Assembly: GCA_963675595.2 (NCBI GenBank)
Contig: CAXXLZ010000001.1
Coordinates: 768,001-832,000, forward strand
DNA length: 64,000 nt
Reading direction: 5' to 3'
From: Thermodesulfobacteriota bacterium
Lineage (GTDB): Bacteria; Desulfobacterota; Desulfarculia; JACQYL01
Part shown: positions 1-10,142 of the stretch, in pieces
Layout: each line of letters begins with the position of its first letter
How positions within the stretch are numbered: position 1 is the first letter of the stretch
Position numbers and translations under genes: made by a program
Notes under the pieces: generated by a model
The model's database searches: none
Seen by the model: the letters and a program-made list of their open reading frames with translations, nothing else
Told to the model about the DNA's origin: nothing

Positions 1-1137
1 ATTGCACGAAAAGGGAAAATTGCCTATTTCAAGGCCTTCGGTCGATCGGACACGGATCGGCCGATGAACAAGGACACGCTGTTTCGCATTGCCTCCATGA
101 CCAAACCGATCACCAGTGTTGCGGTGATGCAACTTTACGAGCGGGGATATATCCTTCTGACCGATCCCGTCTCCAAGTACATCCCGGAATTCAAAGCCCC
201 GAAAGTTCTGGTCATGTTTCCCAAAGGATCGGTCCCTCCCTACGAGTTGGTGCCGGCCAAGCGCGAGATTACCATACGGGACCTGCTCAACCACACATCG
301 GGGTTGACCTACCGTTTCCTGGCCGATTGGTTTCCTGATCCCATCCACTTGCAGATGGCCGAATTCTATAAGGAGGCGGGTGTGTCGGACGGCCTCGACG
401 AACCCGAAGGGACGGTAGGCGAAACGGTCGTAAAGCTTGCCAGGCTTCCGTTGGCCTTTCATCCCGGGGAAGCCTGGGAATACAGCAACTCAGGAGACGT
501 TTTAGGATACTTGGTGGAAGTCGTCACCGGCATGACTCTGAAGGAGTATATGGATACCTACCTATTCAAGCCCATGGGCATGCACGATACCTACTTCTAT
601 CCGCCGGCGGCTCGGCAAAAGGACATCTCCGCGCTTTGGACGACCGACTGGAAAGGCAATCTGGAAAAGGTCACCGGGCCCATGAGCATGGGACATCTCA
701 GGTTTTCGCCGAATTATCCGGAAGGAGGTGTCTACTTCTCCGGAGGCAGTGGGCTGTTGTCCACCGCCCATGATTACTTCCAATTCTGCCAAATGATGCT
801 CAATAAGGGCGAAATAGACGGCAAACGTATTTTAAGTCGAAAGACGGTGGAATTGATGACCGCCACCAACCAAATCGGCGAGTTTGATTCATACCTGATT
901 CACGGGAAAGGCTGGAAGTTCGGTCTGGGATTTTCCATCCAGATGGATCGAAATCATGAGATCGACAGCGGAGGTCCGGGGGTCTTTGAGTGGGCGGGAC
1001 TTCATTCCACGCGGTTTTCCGTCGATCCGGCGGAGGACAGGATCACGATTTTCCTTCACCAGCATGAGCCGTTTTTCCATCACGTTCCCTTGTGGGAACG
1101 GATATTGGCGATATCCACTTCCGCCATTGCGGATTGA
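1..1137 (+). CDS. Serine hydrolase, beta-lactamase/AmpC-like family (5' end outside window)
   Basis: Frame is open from base 1 (IARKGKIAYFKAFG...). SxxK motif ASMTK, LLNHTSG, PGEAWEYS and GGSGLLST are present. Confidence 0.9.
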   Translation: MARKGKIAYFKAFGRSDTDRPMNKDTLFRIASMTKPITSVAVMQLYERGYILLTDPVSKYIPEFKAPKVLVMFPKGSVPPYELVPAKREITIRDLLNHTSGLTYRFLADWFPDPIHLQMAEFYKEAGVSDGLDEPEGTVGETVVKLARLPLAFHPGEAWEYSNSGDVLGYLVEVVTGMTLKEYMDTYLFKPMGMHDTYFYPPAARQKDISALWTTDWKGNLEKVTGPMSMGHLRFSPNYPEGGVYFSGGSGLLSTAHDYFQFCQMMLNKGEIDGKRILSRKTVELMTATNQIGEFDSYLIHGKGWKFGLGFSIQMDRNHEIDSGGPGVFEWAGLHSTRFSVDPAEDRITIFLHQHEPFFHHVPLWERILAISTSAIAD

Positions 1138-1189
1138 TCACCACGTCCGGGCGATACTGCGGTCTGTGCGTCGAGAGGAGAACTATCCC

Positions 1190-2074
1190 ATGAAACCGAT
1201 ATTCGGGATCGGAAGAATCCGAAACGTGGCGTTGCTGATTACGATGTGTCTGGTCTTTGTTCTTCCGGCGTGGGCCACGGCACCGCGTTTCGCGCCGGAA
1301 TGGTTCCAGAAGGACGTGGAAAGCCTCCCTGTTGTAGTCGCCCACGAGTATCCTCCCTATCGATCCGTGTCCATCGGTGGGAAGGGACCTCATGCACGAA
1401 TCGTCTCGGCCGTATTCGCCGTGGCGGGTGAGGACGTGGATCTGGTGGTGCAACCCGCCAGGAGCCTCATGATCTACGCGCTTTCACAGGAGGAAACAGC
1501 GGCGGTCGTCGGCGAAGAGGCCGATTTCGAAGGTGTTTCCAGGAAACAACTCGTATTTGTTCCCTTCCATATCAAAGAGGCCCGGTACTTCCGCTATCGG
1601 CCCAATCACGGTGGAGGGTCGAATTGGGACGGAAAGCTCGAGAACATGAGAGGGACCGTTTTGGGCTTGGAAGGCCCCACGGATGTCCGGGTCTGGGAGA
1701 AAGCGGGCATCTCCGTAGCGTTGGGCGCGCTGCCGGCTTTGCTGGAGCGCTTAGTGGCCGGTGAAATCGATATCCTGGGCGCGGACGCGGAGAGGACCGA
1801 GTGGTTAATCCGAAAGCGGATGCCGGGAAAGGAGAAACAATTCGTCGCCATGGAAATCCCGGCATGGGACTCCTTTTCATATGTGGTGTTCAATACGAAC
1901 CTTGGAACCGGCGAGTCGTTGGCGGCCCGATTCGTGGATGCTCTGAAGCGGCTGCTTCGGGACGGCGGCTATGATCTGATTCTGCAAAACGCCGGTTCGC
2001 GTCAAGCTCTATCAGACATGCAGCGAAAGAAATTGATCCAACGTCTTGACTCTCTCAAGATACCGGATAACTGA
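1190..2074 (+). CDS. Periplasmic solute-binding protein (family 3-like)
   Basis: GAGGAG RBS before ATG 1190, signal peptide ending AWA, EYPPY motif, C-terminal 'ALKRLLRDGGYDLIL' helix typical of SBP_bac_3. Confidence 0.7.
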   Translation: MKPIFGIGRIRNVALLITMCLVFVLPAWATAPRFAPEWFQKDVESLPVVVAHEYPPYRSVSIGGKGPHARIVSAVFAVAGEDVDLVVQPARSLMIYALSQEETAAVVGEEADFEGVSRKQLVFVPFHIKEARYFRYRPNHGGGSNWDGKLENMRGTVLGLEGPTDVRVWEKAGISVALGALPALLERLVAGEIDILGADAERTEWLIRKRMPGKEKQFVAMEIPAWDSFSYVVFNTNLGTGESLAARFVDALKRLLRDGGYDLILQNAGSRQALSDMQRKKLIQRLDSLKIPDN

Positions 2075-3068
2075 TACCGTGTTTCGTGTCAAAACGCGGA
2101 ATTACGGGCAAACCGGTTGTCGGCTTCGGCGGGAGTCGGGTCTGCGGGCAACTGCCGAGAATTCGATAAAGCCGATTCGGCGGGCGAAGGGGGCTCGTAT
2201 TCTTATCAGGGCATTTCTTCCATTTACGGTTTTGGCCTTGTTCGCCTGCCATTCTCCGGCTTGGAGCGCTCCCACGGCACGAGGCATCCCGACCGTGGAG
2301 CTCGGTTCTTCGGAAACCCCGCCTTTTTGGTCTGCCGATTTGCCCGGAAACGGAATGGGCGGTGAAATCCTGCATGCCATATCCCGCCATGGCGGCATCG
2401 AATCCATTATCGTCTTTTTCCCGACCAAACGACTGATTCGGATGAAAACCGGAAATCACCTGGGCGACCCCGAGCACTGGCCTGAGCAGAAGTTCGTTGC
2501 CGTTATTCCCATCGCCACGTTTCGATCATCCTTCTATTACTACCGGCCCAACCACAAGAAGGGCATCGTTTTTTCGGGACTGAGCGACCTGAGGGGTTAC
2601 ACCATCGGGGTGATCAAAAGGAGCATCGAGGATTTGTCCTTTTTCGAGTCGAACGGTATTCACATCGAAGAGAGTTACAAGCAGGAATCTTTGTTCAAAA
2701 AACTCCGACTGGGACGGATCGATTTGTGCGGGATGGTGGATCTTTCAGGGATATTGATCATCAGAAAACTGTTTCCGGATGAGATCGATCAGTTCGCGAG
2801 AATTCCCCTGCCTCGATCCGTGAGTGCGATTTCCATTATGATCGACGCCGAATATCCCAATGCCGCCGAAATTGCGGGCAAGTATAGAGACGGACTGGAG
2901 GCGATCCTGGCCAATGGAACGTACTCGGCGATTTTGGAGAAATACTACGGCCCGGAACATGTTCCGAAAGATTGGTTCGTTCAACTTCTGAAGTTCAGGA
3001 CCCGATACGAAAAACGAAGCGTTCCCATAACCCACAGCCCCCGACGTGTTGATGAAATTCCTCATTAA
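2046..3068 (+). CDS. Periplasmic solute-binding protein (family 3-like); start uncertain
   Basis: ETPPF motif, 'LSDLRGYTIG', 'LRLGRIDL', 'NGTYSAILEKYYG'. A signal-peptide-like stretch lies near residues 50-74 of the ORF. Confidence 0.75.
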   Translation: MTLSRYRITDTVFRVKTRNYGQTGCRLRRESGLRATAENSIKPIRRAKGARILIRAFLPFTVLALFACHSPAWSAPTARGIPTVELGSSETPPFWSADLPGNGMGGEILHAISRHGGIESIIVFFPTKRLIRMKTGNHLGDPEHWPEQKFVAVIPIATFRSSFYYYRPNHKKGIVFSGLSDLRGYTIGVIKRSIEDLSFFESNGIHIEESYKQESLFKKLRLGRIDLCGMVDLSGILIIRKLFPDEIDQFARIPLPRSVSAISIMIDAEYPNAAEIAGKYRDGLEAILANGTYSAILEKYYGPEHVPKDWFVQLLKFRTRYEKRSVPITHSPRRVDEIPH

Positions 3069-6000
3069 GAAGGGCATCCAAACGAAAATGGCGTTCCTGT
3101 TGATCGCCGTTATTACCGTTGTGCTCGCTTTTTTTGGGGTCTATCAGTACCTCGATATCCGGAATTCCCGCACCAGGGAGTTAAACGAACTCGCGGATTT
3201 CACGATCCGGAGGCTGGCCGAAAATCTGGTTATCCCCCTGTGGGAGGTGGATGAGCAGTGGGTGGAAGACATTATCGTCACAGAAATGTCGGACAAACGG
3301 ATTTACGCAATCTCCGTCACCGGTGAGGGCAACTTATCCGAGGCATTGAAGCGTGACAAGGCCGGGGGGATGGAAGCGCTCACCGAAGCCTTGGGCGATG
3401 GGTTCATTTCACGCCGCAGGGGGGTGCTGAAAGACAACGAACGCATTGGTTCCGTGGAGCTTTTCGTTACGCAGCGCTATATGGTGGAAGCCCTGAATCG
3501 TGAAATCGTCAAGATTATGCTGACGGTTCTGGTGCTCAATCTCATCCTCTTGGTCGCATTCTCCATAACGCTCAGAAGAACCATAACTTATCCGGTACAC
3601 CGTATTCTGAACATTGCCAACGCGATCGCGGGAGGAGATTTCAGCCGGCGTATCGATATCCGTACGGACGATGAAATCGGCCGTCTGGCGGAAGCCATCA
3701 ACGTTATGACTCGCTATCTGAAAGAAAGCTTTGAAGCGCTTCAGATCAAGAACATGGAACTCACACGACTGGACGAACTCAAGGACGAGTTCCTGGCCAA
3801 CACTTCCCACGAGCTCAGAACGCCCTTGAACGGCATTATCGGTATCGCCGATTCTCTCATCGACGGGGCTGCCGGACCATTGCCCGCAGAAGCGCGGAAG
3901 AATTTGGAGTTGATCGTCGCAGGCGGTCGGAGGTTGGCGAACCTGGTCAATGACATTCTCGACTTCTCGAAACTCAGGAACAAGGACCTAGTACTCAACA
4001 AGAAGCCCGTGGATATTCACGGGCTCACCAATGTGGTGATTTCCCTGTATCTCCCCCTGATTGAAAGTGGATCCGTGACCATTGTGAACTCCATTACCGA
4101 AAACACTACCTTTGTCTATGCCGATGAGAACCGGTTGTACCAAATAATGACGAACCTTTTAGACAATGCCGTCAAGTTTACGGAAAAAGGCACGATCACC
4201 GTTTCCGCGGAGCAAGAAGGCGACAAACTGGAGATCGTGGTGGCGGACACGGGAATCGGCATTCCCGAGAACCGGCTGGAGGCGATTTTCGAGGCCTTTG
4301 AGCAGGCCGACGGTTCCGTTGAACGGGAATACGGAGGCACCGGGCTCGGCCTATCCGTCACCAAGAGCTTGGTGGAACTCCATGGCGGCGACATCCGGGT
4401 GACTTCAAAGGTGGGAGAAGGCTCCTCCTTTGCGTTCACTTTGGACATTGCCGATTCCACCGGCGCAGATGCTCCGCGCACCGATGGGCCGCCCGTCATT
4501 ACCATGGAATCGGAGCAACGCCCCGTGGTAGGAGGGGAAGCTCGAGAACCGTGCCGGAAGACGTCCGAAGTCCGGCCGAACGATGCGCTTACAGGGATTT
4601 CAGACGCGAGGACACGAATCTTGGCCGTAGACGACGAGCCGGTCAACCTCAAGGTGATTCAAAACAATCTCGAGCTGACCGGGTTTTCCGTGTACACCGC
4701 AAATTCCGGCTTACAGGCCCTGGAAATGTGTGATGCCGTCCGGCCTGATTTGATTCTGCTGGATGTCATGATGCCCAGGCTCAACGGGTTTGAAACGGCG
4801 AGACGAATACGAATCAAATATCCCAAAGAAGTGCTTCCCATCATTTTTCTGACGGCGAAAGACCAAGTCAAAGACCTTATGGACGGCTTCGTGGTCGGCG
4901 GAAACGACTACATCATCAAACCCATATCCAAGAACGAGATTCTGGCGCGCATCGGTTTTCATCTGGACTTGAGGCGATCCCAACGGCGGCTGCAGGCGGC
5001 TGAGGAAAGCTACCGCAACTTGTTCAATGGGGCCCACGAAGGCATATTCCAAGCGGATCCGGACGGGCGCCTGATCAACGCCAACCCTTCCCTGATGGAT
5101 ATCCTGGGTTATGATGTCTCCGAGTCCATGGACTTTTCGAACATTAGTCTTCTTGAGCAGTGCTTTCCCGATCCGGAGGCGCGGGACGCCTTCCTTTCCG
5201 AATTGGCGAATGAAAGAGCCGTGATCGATTTTGAAGGCAAAGCCCAGCGTCGATCCGAGGATGAATTTTGGTTCTCCATTTCGGCCCATGTCGTGCAAGG
5301 TCAAACCGGAGAAATCGTTCGATTCGAAGGGTCGCTGGTGGACATTACCGAGCGTAAACGCAAAGAGCAGGTGGAAAGAGAAAAGGAGGCGGCGGAAGCC
5401 GCGAATCGAACCAAAGGTGCCTTCTTGGCCAACATGAGCCATGAGCTGAGAACCCCGTTGAATGCCATATTGGGATATTCACAGATATTGCAGCGAGCGA
5501 CCGGCTTGAATGAAGACCAGCAAGAAGGGGTTGCCATTGTGAAGGAGAGCGCGCGGCACCTGCTCACCCTGATCAACGATATTCTGGAGTTTTCCAAGAT
5601 CGAGGCCGGCAAACTGGTTTTGGCACCCGGGGAGATGGATCTTCATGAGTTCGTCGACGGCGTTGGCGGCTTTATGAGACTGAGCGCTCAACGGAAAGAG
5701 CTGCGGTTCGATATCGAAACGACGCCTGATACGCCACGATTCATCGTTGCCGATGAAAAACGTTTGCGTCAGGTTGTGCTCAACCTGATCGGCAATGCCG
5801 TCAAGTTCACGGAATCCGGTCGTGTTATATTTCGAGTGGAAACTATGGTACGTTCCGGGTGGGGTGAAGAGAAGTATGTGGCGCTTCGGTTCGAGGTGGA
5901 AGACACGGGGGTCGGTATCTCGAAGGACCAACTTGCCATAATTTTCAAACCGTTCGAGCAGGTGGGCGACGAACGCAGCAAAGCCTCGGGAACCGGGCTG

Positions 6001-6447
6001 GGCCTGGCCATCAGTCGCCGATTGGTCCGGTTGATGGGGGGCGATATTACCGTGACCAGCGTTCCAAACCAAGGGAGCTGCTTTTCTTTCGAGATCGTTG
6101 TCCCTGTCGCACACTCTGAAAGGGTTGTCCGAGGGGCTCAGGTCGCCGGAGGCAACGGGTATGAAGGACCGCGGCGAAAAATCACCGCGGCCCCGGAGGG
6201 ATGCCCTGATCTTCCCCCGGCTTCTTCACCCGAAATTATCCCGCCGCCTGAAGTGGATCTGGAAGCTATTCATGAGTTGGCCCTATTGGGAAAGATGCGG
6301 CCGATTCGTCGAAAGGCGGATCAGCTCAGGGAGACGGACCGTGCTTACGGAGCGTTTGCGGACCGATTGGACGAAATGGCCAAGGCGTTTGAAGACAAGC
6401 AGATCGTCCAATTCGTGGAGTCCTATATGAGGAAGGAGTCGTCATGA
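3052..6447 (+). CDS. Hybrid sensor histidine kinase (TM-HAMP-HisKA-HATPase-REC-PAS-HisKA-HATPase)
   Basis: Two H-boxes (FLANTSHELRTPL, FLANMSHELRTPL), two sets of N/G boxes, and a REC domain (AVDDEP...LDVMMP). Confidence 0.93.
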   Translation: MKFLIKKGIQTKMAFLLIAVITVVLAFFGVYQYLDIRNSRTRELNELADFTIRRLAENLVIPLWEVDEQWVEDIIVTEMSDKRIYAISVTGEGNLSEALKRDKAGGMEALTEALGDGFISRRRGVLKDNERIGSVELFVTQRYMVEALNREIVKIMLTVLVLNLILLVAFSITLRRTITYPVHRILNIANAIAGGDFSRRIDIRTDDEIGRLAEAINVMTRYLKESFEALQIKNMELTRLDELKDEFLANTSHELRTPLNGIIGIADSLIDGAAGPLPAEARKNLELIVAGGRRLANLVNDILDFSKLRNKDLVLNKKPVDIHGLTNVVISLYLPLIESGSVTIVNSITENTTFVYADENRLYQIMTNLLDNAVKFTEKGTITVSAEQEGDKLEIVVADTGIGIPENRLEAIFEAFEQADGSVEREYGGTGLGLSVTKSLVELHGGDIRVTSKVGEGSSFAFTLDIADSTGADAPRTDGPPVITMESEQRPVVGGEAREPCRKTSEVRPNDALTGISDARTRILAVDDEPVNLKVIQNNLELTGFSVYTANSGLQALEMCDAVRPDLILLDVMMPRLNGFETARRIRIKYPKEVLPIIFLTAKDQVKDLMDGFVVGGNDYIIKPISKNEILARIGFHLDLRRSQRRLQAAEESYRNLFNGAHEGIFQADPDGRLINANPSLMDILGYDVSESMDFSNISLLEQCFPDPEARDAFLSELANERAVIDFEGKAQRRSEDEFWFSISAHVVQGQTGEIVRFEGSLVDITERKRKEQVEREKEAAEAANRTKGAFLANMSHELRTPLNAILGYSQILQRATGLNEDQQEGVAIVKESARHLLTLINDILEFSKIEAGKLVLAPGEMDLHEFVDGVGGFMRLSAQRKELRFDIETTPDTPRFIVADEKRLRQVVLNLIGNAVKFTESGRVIFRVETMVRSGWGEEKYVALRFEVEDTGVGISKDQLAIIFKPFEQVGDERSKASGTGLGLAISRRLVRLMGGDITVTSVPNQGSCFSFEIVVPVAHSERVVRGAQVAGGNGYEGPRRKITAAPEGCPDLPPASSPEIIPPPEVDLEAIHELALLGKMRPIRRKADQLRETDRAYGAFADRLDEMAKAFEDKQIVQFVESYMRKESS

Positions 6448-7079
6448 GCGAAGCCGAGGGAGGATCTCCGGTTATCCTTGTGATCGACGACAATCCAACC
6501 AACCTGGGTTTGATCACCCGGCATTTAGAGGACGGATCGTTTGAGGTCATGATTGCACGCGACGGGGAAGACGGCATCGCCAAAGCCTCTCACGGCCGAC
6601 CGGACCTGATACTCCTTGACGTGATGATGCCCGGTATCGATGGATTTGAAACTTGTAGAAGATTGAAAAGCGATTCCCAAACCAGGGAAATTCCCGTGCT
6701 GTTCATGACCGCCATGGACGGCGTCGAAGACAAGCTCAAAGGGTTCGAAGCGGGAGGAGTGGATTACATTGTCAAACCGATCAACGAGTACGAAACCATC
6801 GCGCGCATCAACATCCATCTCAAGATTCGAAGATTGCAGAAAGACCTTGAGGAGAAGAACCGTCGCCTCCAACAGGCTCTGGACGAGGTAAAACAACTCC
6901 AAGGCATCCTTCCGATTTGTTCCAACTGCAAGAAAATCAGAGACGATAATGGGAACTGGCACCAAATTGAAACCTACATCAGGAAGCATTCCGAAGCGCA
7001 ATTCAGTCACGGGCTTTGCAGGGAATGCGCAAAGGAGCTTTATCCCGACCTGGATATTTTCGAGGATTGGACGGATTGA
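6444..7079 (+). CDS. Response regulator with C-terminal Cys/His-rich tail
   Basis: REC domain (VIDDNP, LDVMMP, KP) and tail LPICSNCKKIRD...SHGLCREC. ATGA-type overlap with the kinase stop. Confidence 0.9.
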   Translation: MSEAEGGSPVILVIDDNPTNLGLITRHLEDGSFEVMIARDGEDGIAKASHGRPDLILLDVMMPGIDGFETCRRLKSDSQTREIPVLFMTAMDGVEDKLKGFEAGGVDYIVKPINEYETIARINIHLKIRRLQKDLEEKNRRLQQALDEVKQLQGILPICSNCKKIRDDNGNWHQIETYIRKHSEAQFSHGLCRECAKELYPDLDIFEDWTD

Positions 7080-7145
7080 AGCGGCATTGCACCAATTTTC
7101 CGTCTCGCTGATGAATCGGATCACCCCCGTCTTATTTCTTTGAGA

Positions 7146-10142
7146 CTATGAGGCGTTCTCCGTCTCCTCGCCCACGACAATGGAGAATTCCTTCTTCGTC
7201 GTGTTGCCGGCGCTGTCCACCGCCGTCACCGTGATAAGGTACGTGCCGGATTCGAAATGGACCGTGATCTTTCCGCCCCTGCCCATGAACTGCCTCTGCT
7301 TGCCCAGAAACCACAGAATTTGGTCGTCCGCCAAACGGCCGTCCTCAAGGTCCGAACCGTGGGCCTCGAAGGTCACCGGGCCCGGCGGCAGCGTCCGATC
7401 GAGTTCGGCTTCCCCTCCCGCATAAACCCGATACTGGTTCGGATTTTCTTCCGCCACGTCCGTTTGGGGAGAAAGGTCGGGACGTATGAGGGCTATGGTG
7501 GGCGGTTTGTCTTTCACGGTCAGGCTGCCCGGGGAATAGGCGGAAACCGTGTGAAACCCGTCGGTGGCCATGATTTTGAACCTGCCTGTAGTGCCGCCGG
7601 GGAGCCTATCCATATTGACTTCGTAGGAATCGCCCTGAACATCCCAGGCCACCGGAATCCAATTGGACTTCACCTTGGAGGAGGCCGCGACATTCGGATT
7701 GTAAAGGATCACGTAGGTCAACGGGTCGTCGTCCTGGTCCTTGGACTGCCAGACCAGTTTTTGGGTGCCGTTCCATTCCATATCCCCTCGAGGCTCGGTG
7801 ACGGCGACCTTGGGGCGATGCTTCGAAACGATGATCTGGTCCAGAACCTCCTTGTCCTTGCGCACGACGATACGATCGGGGGTCCCTTTGGCGGGCAAAG
7901 CGAAACGGAAATACACAGTATCCAACGGTGAGCCTTCGCTGTCCACAAAAATCGGCGTAAAAGGAACGGTGAGACTCCTTCTGCCGCCGGGATACTGGAA
8001 TTCCAGGATGTACTCTCCTTTGGAGTCGGGTTCGACGCTCGGAAGGCCCGATAATCTCATGACCGGGTTGAGCTGCACCAATCCCTGCCTATTCATCCGA
8101 CCGGATACGTAGTAGATCATGCGCATCCGTCCCGATCCGGGAAAGCCGGAGGGGTCGGGCTCGAATACGTCGAACATGCGTGTCCAACGGTAGGGCGAGG
8201 TCCAGGCTTGGGGATGGACGTACTTGAGGTGCACGCCGTCGAGTTGAATGGCCGTCAGGTAGGACATGATTTCGGGCCAGTACGGCGGGATTACGGTGAA
8301 TCGGCGTTCGTAGAAGCTGAGGCCCAGGATATCGTATCCATTGACCCAGGGAGGGCGGGTATCGAAGCCGAATTCGCGAATGTGAAATTCGGCATAGGGG
8401 GCTTCGACTCCGCCTTCGCTTTCCTCGTAAAGACGCACCCATTCCGGGTCCACGGTGCCCTCCCCGACAGTGCCGCCGGGGACGTGTTGAGCCCAGGTTT
8501 CCGGGTCGCCGATGTTGTGGTTGATTTCATGGGCCATATTGGTCGGGTTGTACAGATAGGTACCGTCCGCCCCTTCAACGAAGGTGCCGCCCCCCGCCAC
8601 GTGTCCGCATCCGGGGGTGGTGCATAAGGGGCTTTGAGTGGCCGCCTGGGCGAGATCCGCCGTAACGGTGTAGCCGTAGATCTGCTCGGGCATGGGGTCC
8701 ACGTCCAGGGCCGTCAGAAGGTCATAATACATAATGAGATTTTCGAGAATATCGTTGCGCAGGATCGCTCCGGTCACGACTCCCGGTGCGATGTCGAAGG
8801 GCGGGTATTCCCATCGCTCGAAATTCACGTCCGGCACGGGGTAAATCGTCTTCAAGTAACTTTCGGCGGCCGCGAGATGGGTTTCGTCCACCTGGACCGG
8901 AGCCTCCCAAGAGCCCTCATTGATGGGGATCGTCACGTAGTAGGGCGTCTTGCGTGGAACGAAAAATACCTCCGCGGATCGGGACTCGATTTCCTGATCC
9001 GCATACCGTGCTTTGGCGTAGAAGATCACATTGTCCGGCTTGATCCATTCATCGGGCAGCGCGAAGTTGGCCGTGTGAAGTAGATTGTCTCGTCCCTTCC
9101 GGATTCCATACCGGGCCTCCTCGGAGAAGGGGTCTACGAAGAACCGCAACGGAAATTCGAAATCCGGGTGCGCCCAGAACTCTGCGGAAAGAGGGGAGCC
9201 GGGCAGGTCTCTCCCGTCTCTGGTCCCGTATAAGGATACGGTGACCATTTGAGGGGAATCGTCCTCCCGTACCTCCACGTAAACTCGCACCGCGGTATCC
9301 TTGCGGGCGACCAACGGCAGGGAGTTGTCACGGTGCTGGACGGCCTGGGTGACCTCCAGGGGATCGTTGATGATCCCGTCCCCGTTGTCGTCCGTGTTTT
9401 CTTGGTCGAATTGAATCACCGCGCCCCCCGTGTTGGCCACGGCCGGCACGGTCACCAATTGGATGTCCAGCATGTCGGCGAAACCGCCCTCAGGGAAACG
9501 CTCTTCAAAAGCGGGCACGTTCGAATGCACACGGACACTGAGCAGAACGTGCTCCGTGGGCAGAAACACGTTGGGATCGGCGCCGATCTCTTCCAGGTCG
9601 ATGGCCATCTCCCAAACCCGATGGTTGAAACATTCCGACGATGAGGGCGGGTCGAGCGGCACTTCCGTGGCATCATCCGCAAAACATCCGAAGCCGGCGG
9701 CCAGACTGGAATAGATGGGGGTGTCGCGCAGGGGGGCGCGAACGCCGCTGTCGGAAAGGTAGTATTGGATGCGCAGTTCGCGGGAATTGTTCCAGAGCGT
9801 GTAGATCAGGTCCACTCCGGGTGTAAAATCGCCGTTTTCATCGACATCCACGACCACCTCGATCCAGTCACCCTCGGACGAGCTTGATCTTGGATTGTCA
9901 ATGTCGTCTTCGAGCACGTCCACAAGGAGGTACAAGCGCATACGATCATTCACCGCGGTGACGAACCCGTGGTCAAAGTCGATGCTGTTGGTTGCGATGG
10001 GCCACTCACCAAAATCGATTCGGCCGTCGATCACCGGGGGTCCCACAGCGCGGCCCGCCAAGAGGTCCAGAGCGTATGCATTCGAGAACCCCCAACCCCC
10101 CAAGGCGATCAACACCGTGACGACCCTAAGCACCGATTTCAT
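7146..10142 (-). CDS. Large secreted multidomain protein, probable zinc metallopeptidase (M66-like) with N-terminal CBM9/DOMON-like and C-terminal Ig-like domains
   Basis: Signal peptide, PPVIDGRIDFGEW, 'EVTQAVQ...LVARKDTAVRVY', HExxH motif AHEINH, terminal 'YLITVTAVDSAGN'. Confidence 0.6.
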   Translation of the reverse strand: MKSVLRVVTVLIALGGWGFSNAYALDLLAGRAVGPPVIDGRIDFGEWPIATNSIDFDHGFVTAVNDRMRLYLLVDVLEDDIDNPRSSSSEGDWIEVVVDVDENGDFTPGVDLIYTLWNNSRELRIQYYLSDSGVRAPLRDTPIYSSLAAGFGCFADDATEVPLDPPSSSECFNHRVWEMAIDLEEIGADPNVFLPTEHVLLSVRVHSNVPAFEERFPEGGFADMLDIQLVTVPAVANTGGAVIQFDQENTDDNGDGIINDPLEVTQAVQHRDNSLPLVARKDTAVRVYVEVREDDSPQMVTVSLYGTRDGRDLPGSPLSAEFWAHPDFEFPLRFFVDPFSEEARYGIRKGRDNLLHTANFALPDEWIKPDNVIFYAKARYADQEIESRSAEVFFVPRKTPYYVTIPINEGSWEAPVQVDETHLAAAESYLKTIYPVPDVNFERWEYPPFDIAPGVVTGAILRNDILENLIMYYDLLTALDVDPMPEQIYGYTVTADLAQAATQSPLCTTPGCGHVAGGGTFVEGADGTYLYNPTNMAHEINHNIGDPETWAQHVPGGTVGEGTVDPEWVRLYEESEGGVEAPYAEFHIREFGFDTRPPWVNGYDILGLSFYERRFTVIPPYWPEIMSYLTAIQLDGVHLKYVHPQAWTSPYRWTRMFDVFEPDPSGFPGSGRMRMIYYVSGRMNRQGLVQLNPVMRLSGLPSVEPDSKGEYILEFQYPGGRRSLTVPFTPIFVDSEGSPLDTVYFRFALPAKGTPDRIVVRKDKEVLDQIIVSKHRPKVAVTEPRGDMEWNGTQKLVWQSKDQDDDPLTYVILYNPNVAASSKVKSNWIPVAWDVQGDSYEVNMDRLPGGTTGRFKIMATDGFHTVSAYSPGSLTVKDKPPTIALIRPDLSPQTDVAEENPNQYRVYAGGEAELDRTLPPGPVTFEAHGSDLEDGRLADDQILWFLGKQRQFMGRGGKITVHFESGTYLITVTAVDSAGNTTKKEFSIVVGEETENAS

